DNA of 64,000 nucleotides from NCBI GenBank assembly GCA_002269645.1, contig NIVC01000933.1, positions 62,001-126,000 on the forward strand. The letters are read 5' to 3'. Positions within the stretch are counted from its first letter, which is position 1. Every line of letters starts with the position of its first letter. Source of the stretch: Macrostomum lignano. Lineage: Eukaryota. This document shows, in pieces, positions 43,601 through 64,000 of the stretch. The notes beneath the pieces are model-generated. The model was not told the DNA's origin and searched no databases. It saw only the letters and a list, made by a program, of their open reading frames with translations. Made by a program: the position numbers and the translations under genes.

Positions 43601-46600
43601 GCCTAATTTTAGGCGAAGTATGAGAAAATCAACTCAAATGCCATTGTGCTACTATCAGTAATATGCACCAAACTTGCTCACCTCCCCACAGACCAACGCA
43701 TTCGCAAGCGAATCCCGAGTCCAAGTTGGCGCACGTGCCGTTATTTTTGCAGGGAGTTCGGCTGGCGCAGTAGGTCTGACGGCACGAGCTGACTGGATCG
43801 TAGGCTGCAGAATCATTGAGTTGTAATAATGATATTTTCTGTAATTTGTGCGTGCTCACAGATTCTGGTGTGTGCTCACAGATTCCAGTGTGTGCTCACA
43901 GATTCCGGTGTGTGCTCACAGATTCCGGTGTGTGCTCACAGATTCTGATGTGTGCTCACAGATTCTGGTGTGTACTGACACGTTCTGGTGTGTGCTCACA
44001 GATTCTGGTGTGTACTGACACGTTCTGGTGTGTGCTCACAGATTCTGATATGTGCTCACAGATTCTGGTGTGTGCTCACAGATTCTGATGCTTGCTCACA
44101 GATTCTGGTGTGTGCTCACAGATTCTGGTGTGTGCTCACAGATTCTGGTGTGTGCTCACAGATTCAGATATGTGCTCACAGATACTGGTGTGTGCTCACA
44201 GATTCTGATATGTGCTCACAGATACTGGTGTGTGCTCACAGATTCTGATATGTTCTCACAGATTCTGATGTGTGCTCACAGATACTGATATGTGCTCACA
44301 GATACTGATATGTGCTCACAGATACTGGTGTGTGCTCACAGATACTGATATGTGCTCACAGATACTGATATGTGCTCACAGATTCCGGTATGTGCTCACA
44401 GATTCTGTTGTGCTCACAGATTCTGGTGTGTGCTCACAGATTCTGGTGTGTGCTCACAGATTCTGATATGTGCTCACAGATACTGGTGTGTGCTCACAGA
44501 TTCTGGTGTGTGCTCACAGATTCTGGTGTGTGTTCACAGATTCTGATGTGTGCTCACAGATTCTGATATGTGCTCACAGATTCTGTTGTGCTCACAGATT
44601 CTGATATGTGCTCACAGATACTGGTGTGTGCTCACAGATACTGATATGTGCTCACAGATACTGGTGTGTGCTCACAGATTCTGATATGTGCTCACAGATA
44701 CTGGTGTGTGCTCACAGATACTGATATGTGCTCACAGATACTGATATGTGCTCACAGATTCCGGTATGTGCTCACAGATTCTGATATGTGCTCACAGATT
44801 CTGTTGTGCTCACAGATTCTGAGATGTGCTCACAGATTCTGTTGTGCTCACAGATTCCGATATGTGCTCACAGATTCTGATGTGTGCTCACAGATTCTGA
44901 TATGTGCTCACAGATTCTGATGTGTGCTCACAGATTCCGATATGTGCTCACAGATACTGATATGTGCTCACAGATTCAGATATGTGCTCACAGATACTGA
45001 TATGTGCTCACAGATACTGATGTGTGCTCATAGATTCTGATATGTTCTCACAGATTCTGATGTGTGCTCACAGATACTGATATGTGCTCACAGATACTGA
45101 TATGTGCTCACAGATACTGGTGTGTGCTCACAGATTCTGTTGTGCTCACAGATTCTGAGATGTGCTCACAGATTCTGTTGTGCTCACAGATTCTGGTGTG
45201 TGCTCACAGATTCTGGTGTGTGCTCACAGATTCTGATATGTGCTCACAGATACTGGTGTGTGCTCACAGATTCTGGTGTGTGCTCACAGATTCTGGTGTG
45301 TGTTCACAGATTCTGATGTGTGCTCACAGATTCTGATATGTGCTCACAGATTCTGTTGTGCTCACAGATTCTGATATGTGCTCACAGATACTGGTGTGTG
45401 CTCACAGATACTGATATGTGCTCACAGATACTGGTGTGTGCTCACAGATTCTGATATGTGCTCACAGATACTGGTGTGTGCTCACAGATACTGATATGTG
45501 CTCACAGATACTGATATGTGCTCACAGATACTGATATGTGCTCACAGATTCTGTTGTGCTCACAGATTCCGATATGTGCTCACAGATTCTGATGTGTGCT
45601 CACAGATTCTGATGTGTGCTCACAGATTCCGATATGTGCTCACAGATACTGATATGTGCTCACAGATACTGATATGTGCTCACAGATACTGATATGTGCT
45701 CACAGATTCTGTTGTGCTCACAGATTCCGATATGTGCTCACAGATTCTGATGTGTGCTCACAGATTCTGATGTGTGCTCACAGATTCCGATATGTGCTCA
45801 CAGATACTGATATGTGCTCACAGATACTGATATGTGCTCACAGATACTGGTGTGTGCTCACAGATACTGATATGTGCTCACAGATACTGATATGTGCTCA
45901 CAGATTCTGTTGTGCTCACAGATACTGGTGTGTGCTCACAGCAGAGCACAGACTTTGCCAGCCGGAAAGGCAAGGACTACTCAAGTAGAAGTAGGAAAAT
46001 TTGAGGAGGCAGGTTTTTTCCGAAAAATACACTACAGAGATAGGAGGTTCTTATTTTTTAGCACAAAAATTAATTACTGCTTTCGATAGGAGGCCGACCC
46101 AATGTTTTCATCTTTTGATATTTTTGCCTTAGTTATACTTTTAGATTTACTAATATTCAAAGAGTTTTCGGATTCAGATTTTGGAAAATTATAGGATTCA
46201 ATGTTAATTACATGTATCTCTGTGTTTGTCTCTGTGTTTGCTGCAACAGACAGGCTGCCACCAACTCACTTGGTAGACAGAGCTTGCCACCGGCAGGGCT
46301 GCAGGTGTCGTGTCCCGACGAACCGTCATTGCCTGCCACGCAGTACTTGGTACAATCGGTTGAGTAGAAATTTTCTAAACAGGCCACAGATATTTGCAGT
46401 GTAAGCCTGCGTCGAAGAAAGAGAAGAGGTCTTAGTTAGTAAGGTATGTTGCCTGTCGGAATACAGAAACTACGCTAGTACAAGCGCAATATTAGCTGTC
46501 TGCAGTCAATTCAAATCTCAAAATGCATTTTTGGTCTTGGCTTTGCACTGAGCATTCTGCATACAACTTATTGCTTACTGTGGAGAGAATTATGCTGAAA

Positions 46601-49600
46601 AGGACTTGCTTTGCCATAGTCTATGGTACAGCCAAGGAGTATTGAGGTCGCCTAGTATAGAGTGCCAATAAGGATAAAAATCTATAGGCGACCTCAATAC
46701 TTTGGGTACAGCCCATTCGAGAAACTGCGAGAGATGCTGGCGCCCCGGTGCTAAAGCCTCTGGTGCTAAAACCTCTGATGCTAAATCCCCTGGTGCTAAA
46801 GCCCTCGGTGCTAAAGCCACTGATGCTAAAGCCCCTGGTGCTAAAGCCACTGATGCTAAAGCCCTTGGTGCTAAAGCCACTGATGCTAAAGCCCCTGGTG
46901 CTAAAGCCCCTGGTGCTAAAGCCCCTGATGCTAAATCCCCTGGTGCTAAAGCCCTTGGTGCTAAAGCCACTGATGCTAAAGCCCCTGGTGCTAAAGCCCC
47001 TGATGCTAAAGCCCCTGGTGCTAAAGCCCCTGGTGCTAAAGCCACTGATGCTAAAGCCCCTGGTGCTAAAGCCCCTGGTGCTAAAGCCACTGATGCTAAA
47101 GCCCCTGGTGCTAAAGCCCCTGATGCTAAATCCCCTGGTGCTAAAGCCCCTGGTGCTAAAACCCTTGATGCTAAACCCCCTGGTGCTAAAGCCCCTGGTG
47201 CTAAAGCCCTTGGTGCTAAAGCCACTGATGCTAAAGCCCCTGGTGCTAAAACCCCTGGTGCTAAAGCCCCTGTTGCTAAAGCCACTGATGCTAAAGCCCC
47301 TGGTGCTAAAGCCACTGATGCTAAAGCCCCTGGTGCGGTGCTAAAGCCACTGATGCTAAAGCCTCTGGTGCTAAAGCCTCTGGTGCTAAAGCCTCTGGTG
47401 ATAAAGCCCCTGATGCTAAATCCCCTGGTGCTAAAGCCCTTGGTGCTAAAGCCACTGATGCTAAAGCCTCTGGTGATAAAGCCTCTGGTGATAAAGCCTC
47501 TGGTGCTAAAGCCTCTGGTGATAAAGCCTCTGGTGATAAAGCCTCTGGTGATAAAGCCTCTGGTGATAAAGCCTCTGGTGATAAAGCTCCTGGTGCTAAA
47601 GCCCCTGGTGCTAAAGCCCCTGGTGCTAAAGCCACTGATGCTAAAGCCCCTGGTGCTAAAGCCCCTGATGCTAAATCCCCTGGTGCTAAAGCCCCTGGTG
47701 CTAAAACCCCTGATGCTAAACCCCCTGGTGCTAAAGCCCCTGGTGCTAAAGCCCTTGGTGCTAAAGCCACTGATGCTAAAGCCCCTGGTGCTAAAACCCC
47801 TGGTGCTAAAGCCCCTGTTGCTAAAGCCACTGATGCTAAAGCCCCTGGTGCTAAAGCCACTGATGCTAAAGCCCCTGGTGCGGTGCTAAAGCCACTGATG
47901 CTAAAGCCTCTGGTGCTAAAGCCTCTGGTGCTAAAGCCTCTGGTGCTAAAGCCTCTGGTGCTAAAGCCCCTGATGCTAAATCCCCTGGTGCTAAAGCCCT
48001 TGGTGCTAAAGCCACTGATGCTAAAGCCCCTGGTGCTAAAGCCCCTGGTGCTAAAGCCCCTGATGCTAAAGCCCCTGATGCTAAATCCCCTGGTGCTAAA
48101 GCCCTTGGTGCTAAAGCCACTGATGCTAAAGCCTCTGGTGATAAAGCCTCTGGTGATAAAGCCTCTGGTGCTAAAGCCTCTGGTGATAAAGCCTCTGGTG
48201 ATAAAGCCTCTGGTGATAAAGCCTCTGGTGATAAAGCCTCTGGTGATAAAGCCTCTGGTGATAAAGCCTCTGGTGATAAAGTCTCTGGTGATAAAGCCTC
48301 TGGTGATAAAGCCTCTGGTGCTAAAGCCTCTGGTGATAAAGCCTCTGGTGATAAAGCCTCTGGTGATAAAGCCTCTGGTGCTAAAGCCTCTGGTGATAAA
48401 GCCTCTGGTGATAAAGCTCCTGGTGCTAAAGCCCCTGGTGCTAAAGCCCACTGGCCTTTACCCAAGCGGAGCTTCTGGACCTTCAACAGGTGGCTCCAAA
48501 TGATTATGGGCAATGGACACCCTGTTGCAAATTTCCCTGATGTTTCTGGTCAAGCCTCAACTGCTGGGCATCCTCAGCAAGTCTGTCATCACCACGACGC
48601 CGTCGGCTCCTTCAACGTGTGACGCCAAGGTGCTATGAATACACTCGACGGAGGCTTTTTATCGTACACACCCTAAACATTTTTGACCCGAAGAGGAAAA
48701 TATTTTAATATTATGAATACTCTTAAAAGTATTAGTATGTTAGTTGGCAAGATGCTTAGTTGATTAAACTATAAAATTGAATTAAAACTAAAAGGCAAAC
48801 TCACGTAGCTCCGGACAAGCCGTCAGGATTCAGTCGGACTTCTTTGACATTTCGGAAGTCTCCATTGAGTCCGGCAGTTCCCACGAACGTGTACACGAAT
48901 GTGCCCATGTAGTCCCAGGCGCCTATTGGGTCGAAATCGTCCACCTTCACATGGATTGTGAACCGGCCCTGTAGCGGTGACAGTGGATTGCTAATCTATA
49001 GCCATATCTGCTGGGTGAAGGAACAGAATGGATTGCTAATCTATAGCCATATCTGCTGGATGAAGGAACAGAATGGATTGCTAATCTATAGCCATATCTG
49101 CTGGGTGAAGGAACAGAATGGATTGCTAATCTATAGCCATATCTGCTGGGTGAAGGAACAGAATGGATTGCTAATCTATAGCCATATCTGCTGGGTGAAG
49201 GAACAGAATGGATTGCTAATCTATAGCCATATCTGCTGGGTGAAGGAACAGAATGGATTGCTAATCTATAGCCATATCTGCTGGGTGAAGGAACAGAATG
49301 GATTGCTAATCTATAGCCATATCTGCTGGGTGAAGGAACAGAATGGATTGCTAATCTATAGCCATATCTGCTGGGTGAAGGAACAGAATGGATTGCTAAT
49401 CTATAGCCATATCTGCTGGGTGAAGGAACAGAATGGATTGCTAATCTATAGCCATATCTGCTGGGTGAAGGAACAGAATGGATTGCTAATCTATAGCCAT
49501 ATCTGCTGGGTGAAGGAACAGAATGGATTGCTAATCTATACTCCGGACTCTGGCAGCTCACATCATATTTGTCTCGTTGGATCTCAAGCGGGTTGGCAAC

Positions 49601-51142
49601 ATCGACCACTTTGTTGCCGAAGTATACGTCATTTTGATCGAGGCGCGGTCAGTCGTCCAGGAGTTCGAACGGCTGCAGGTGTTTGGATCAATTTAGACAG
49701 CTGCCTTCTGCATCTACTCAAGCAGGCATGAGTTGCTACTCAACTTTGTGCAGCTCTTCTAGTGTTTCCTCTGAGCTACTCTTTTGCACTCTGGAGAGTA
49801 CTCTACTCTACTCTACTCTACTCTACTCTACTCTACTCTACTCTACTCTACTCTACTCTACTCTACTCTACTCTGCTCTACTCTACTCTACTCTAATCTC
49901 CTCTACTCTACTCTACTCTACTCTACTCTACTCTACTCTAATCTCCTCTACTCTACTCTACTCTACTCTACTCTACTCTACTCTACTCTACTCTACTCTA
50001 CTCTACTCTACTCTACTCTACTCTACTCTACTCTACTCTACTCTACTCTACTCTACTCTACTCTACTCTACTCTACTCTACTCTACTCTACTCTACTCTG
50101 CTCTACTCTACTCTACTCTAATCTCCTCTACTCTACTCTACGCTACTCTACTCTACTCTACTCTACTCTACGCTACTCTACTCTACTTTACGCTACTCTA
50201 CTCTACTCTACTCTAATATACTCTACTCTACTCTACGCTACTCTACTCTACTCTACTCTACTCTACGCTACTCTACTCTACTTTACGCTACTCTACTCTA
50301 CTCTACTCTAATATACTCTACTCTACTCTACTCTATTCAACTCTCTATCCCTCATCCAGTTTCACCCACCGATCGGGAGATGAGATAGTGATGGAGAACT
50401 TAGGATCGCAGGCGTTATTCCAGGGATCGCAGTCAGCTCCAGCTGCATCCCTGCCATTGGGATTCGAATAGCTGATGAAGAGGACTCGGATTTTGACGCC
50501 AGCTGAGACGCCTGAAAACAAAGACTGGGGGAGCGAAAGAGGTCTTTTATAGTTTCAATAAAACTGCTTTTGAAAGACTTAGGCTACGAGCGTACTTGTT
50601 TTATTAATTTTTTAGTTATTTAGAATCACTCTAGGATTCACTCTGGGATTCACTCTGGGATTCACTCTGGGATTCACTCTGGGATTCACTCTGGGATTCA
50701 CTCTGGGATTCACTCCGGGATTCACTCTGGGATTCACTCTGGGATTCACTCTGGGATTCACTCTGGGATTCACTCTGGGATTCACTCTGGGATTCACTCT
50801 GGGATTCACTCTGGGATTCACTCTGGGATTCACTCTGGGATTCACTCTGGGATTCACTCTGGGATTCACTCTGGGATTCACTCTGGGATTCACTCTGGGA
50901 TTCACTCTGGGATTCACTCTGGGATTCACTCTGGGATTCACTCTGGGATTCACTCTGGGATTCATTCTAATAAAACTCACTCTGGACTTTTGTACTGAAA
51001 GCACTTTACCCAAGAAAGTTAAATCTAAATTTATAATTCAAATCAAAGTAGCATTTACAACACTTACAAAAACTGTAACTATGATGAAGACGAAGACTAT
51101 AGATTTCGCTGTCCGTGCAGGTATGAGAAATCTGTTAGACAT
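40657..51142 (-). CDS. Delta/DSL-family Notch ligand-like membrane protein (SP - C2/MNNL - DSL - 5 EGF - TM - tail); exon 3 has an unresolved lesion
   Basis: Exons 51068..51142, 50370..50524, 49562..49672, 48805..48968, 46270..46406, 43682..43804, 43279..43602, 42314..42801, 40657..40950. N-terminus YSNPNG...DCD...CDPKF; NPL...GRFTIHVKVDDFD; DSL CLENFYSTDCTKYC...GHDTC...GGKLC; EGF units including DIDEC Ca-binding type; TM LLVGLLVPALLLAIAAVVVFFAY; C-terminal ESEL. All junctions are phase-compatible except around exon 3. Confidence 0.85.
41133..42218. repeat. ~28-bp minisatellite (CCCCATTGAGCCATGGCATCTCAGCAACT and variants)
   Basis: Direct reading; DSL intron 8. Confidence 0.95.
42885..43180. 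repeat. 46-bp minisatellite (GAGGTTTCTGAGGCTACATGTTTCATGTTGTTGCATCGACTTGCGG)
   Basis: Direct reading; DSL intron 7. Confidence 0.95.
43848..45940. repeat. 20-bp minisatellite (TGTGCTCACAGATTCTGATG/A variants), ~105 copies
   Basis: Direct reading; DSL intron 5. Confidence 0.97.
46745..48450. repeat. 15-bp minisatellite (GCCCCTGGTGCTAAA variants) with higher-order duplication
   Basis: Direct reading; DSL intron 4. Confidence 0.97.
48984..49540. repeat. 45-bp minisatellite, copy 2 (~12 units), same family as 5583..6100
   Basis: Direct reading; fills DSL intron 3 (48969..49561). Confidence 0.97.
49797..50335. repeat. (CTCTA)n pentanucleotide microsatellite
   Basis: Direct reading; DSL intron 2. 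Confidence 0.97.
50632..50965. repeat. 12-bp minisatellite (CTCTGGGATTCA)
   Basis: Direct reading; DSL intron 1. Confidence 0.97.
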
Positions 51143-51562
51143 GCTCACTAAGTATCAAAGGTGTTGATACTTCAGTCTTGTATAAAGCAACAACTTAGCT
51201 AGCTAAAGTAAATAGAGATGGCTTGTGGGACTCATGCCAAGTGAGTTTCTTTACACACACAACCAAGCAGAGACACTATAAATAATGCTTTGCTGAGGAG
51301 CGCGTGTTTCAGTTGAGGCTGCAATGAACATCCAGCAATGTACATTGATGAGGCGAACGCGTGCCGACTCTGTTTACCGCTGCGGAAAATACGAGCGCAG
51401 TTGTGTGCTTTTTATTAGCATTTGATGACCGCGTGTGCGAGGGGCAACGCGCTGCGTTTGTTCTTGTCTTTGCGTTGCCTGTCTGTTCCTGTTTGACCAC
51501 CCCACTGCCCTGCCTGCTCGTTTCAGATGCACCCTCACATCTTGCTTTTCAGCTGTGCTCAC

Positions 51563-52201
<639 letters not shown>

Positions 52202-52942
52202 CTCTCTCTTTTAATAAATATAATGCGCATTAAAAGGCTATGAGTCCTACTAAGTGTAAGTAATACATCTTGTATCCGACGCTATTATATTTTAATGCAG
52301 AAAGAAATATTAAAGTATAAACTAAGCGCATTCAACGAAAATTTCTGACTCTTTTGTTAAGTCTTATTGGACTACTCTAAAGAAAATTAAATATCATAAT
52401 GCTGGTACTGATTAGCAAGAACGCATCCCGATCGCCACGAGGAAAAAATTCACAACTCCGCTACAAGGCATTAAGACCAGAATCTTTATCTTAAAAAAAC
52501 ACAGAGTGAAAAACTGACCTAAACTCAGTGAGCAGCGAGAGGGTTAGACCGTGCCAAGCGAGTGAGCACTTGCTAGATTCTGATGAATAGCGAGCAAGGT
52601 TGAGAAATTGAAAACGGACTGACAGAGAGAGGCTCAGGTCGGGCAGAGAGGAGAGAACAGAGGCGAGAAGGCGAAGGTGCGTCAGGTGGCCGAGCGCACA
52701 GAAAATACCAGGGCAAGTACGCATACTGGCTGGCAGCAAAAAACGCACGGACTGGTCTAATTGATGATAGAAAAATGAAGTGTAAAGCGCTGCAAAGCGA
52801 GGTGCCAACCTTGATAAGTTGAGCTTCAGGTATAGTGTGCCAATGCAGTCCGGGGGCATTGAGCCATAGGAATTATGATTTTCTAGCTAATCAAAATAGC
52901 ATCATCAAATCTTTGTCATGGACATTTTTGCTTATTTAAAAG

Positions 52943-63064
<10,122 letters not shown>

Positions 63065-63776
63065 GTAAGCAACAAAACTGATATTCTATTTTGGATTAGA
63101 ATTTTCAATTAAAGGCCCCAGAGACCGCCCACATCGAGTGGCAAACAGATTTCGGATGAGTAGTCTACTCGGATAAGTCTTATGACAACAGTAATTTTAG
63201 TCACGTAGCACACACTCTCTTGAAAAAAGGTAAACAACTTCTAGAATAATATGAAAAATAATCAAGATTCAAAACGCTGTGGCTCGAAAAGGACAGTGAG
63301 GTGATATTGTATCAGTATGCATCTGCACGCAGCTGAAGACAGAGGCAGAGAGCGGGAGAGGCGGTCAGATGGCTGTGCAAGGGTGGGGCCATCAGATGGC
63401 TACTCTATTGTGGCTTTCCTCTGTTAAAACGCCTATTTGCCAATTGTTCTTTTGGCGAGTAAGTCCAGCCCGAGAATGAAAGCATGCAGCTTTGCAAGTT
63501 GAACCTACAAAAAACCTTTGCTCAGAGCACCTGCACTGACCCCGAAGCCCTGAGTTGCTCTCAAAATTATTGTAGAGCAACCAGCAGATCAAAATCTGTC
63601 AGAAATTGTCAAAGAAGGCTGTTTATGCGGCTATTTTTTTCATAATCGTGGCCTTGTCACTCAGTTTGATGCTATTTTAAGTTAATTGCTCAAATAATTT
63701 GCTTCCATTTCAGTCGCTGACTTCCAACCGAGCCTCGTCTCGCGATGCTGGTAAATTTTGTCTTTTATTATAACTA

Positions 63777-63811
<35 letters not shown>

Positions 63812-64000
63812 ACAAACAAAGCTGAGGCAACAGGCAACCATATTGCCTCAGCACTTATACAATCGCCTGTAAGCCTAGCATTCTACTCACATAGCAGATT
63901 CCAACCACAAAACCGCCAATCAAGACACTGTTTCCTCGGCAACTCGTGCTCAACCAGTCTCAGCAGCCCCAAAAACAGTTTCAAGTGACAGGGAAATTTC

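Noticed and set aside
46590-48513. PGAKA / ALAPG repeat ORFs resembling elastomeric or adhesive proteins
   Set aside because: The 15-bp unit is open in several frames on both strands and lies within a phase-consistent intron of the DSL gene; no splice or start context.
50511-50524. Apparent frameshift between DSL exons 1 and 2
   Set aside because: Resolved by using the upstream acceptor CTCCCCCAG| at 50525/50524 (phase 0).

Overview
Eukaryotic (metazoan) genomic DNA: GC-rich exons, canonical spliceosomal introns and an extreme density of micro/minisatellites. This architecture suggests a free-living flatworm such as Macrostomum lignano (inference, not proven). By hand-splicing I could assemble about 11 genes: a hypothetical protein (partial), a DEG/ENaC channel (with a GC-AG intron and an altered G-x-S filter), a GH47 alpha-1,2-mannosidase, an MZB1/pERp1-like ER protein, two tandem PLAC8/cornifelin paralogues, an orphan class A GPCR, a monofunctional PHM (peptide amidation), a Delta/DSL-type Notch ligand (one exon with an unresolved lesion) and a smoothelin-domain protein. 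Mobile DNA: two internally deleted Tc1/IS630-type elements with TA TSDs, a nested LTR remnant with a tRNA-Leu primer-binding site, a decayed RT-deleted Gypsy element with a 5-bp TSD, and a 39-bp TIR micro-element with an 8-bp TSD inside the Gypsy integrase. The most striking feature is the repeat biology. About 21 of 25 inferred introns hold a tandem array. One 45-bp array occurs in introns of two unrelated genes with the same variant unit in the same position. Separate (GACA)n arrays share the same rare CTAA interruption. Together these suggest tandem arrays are copied between loci rather than arising independently. Most long ORFs in the supplied track are repeat artefacts. All splice models are manual and unverified by transcripts.
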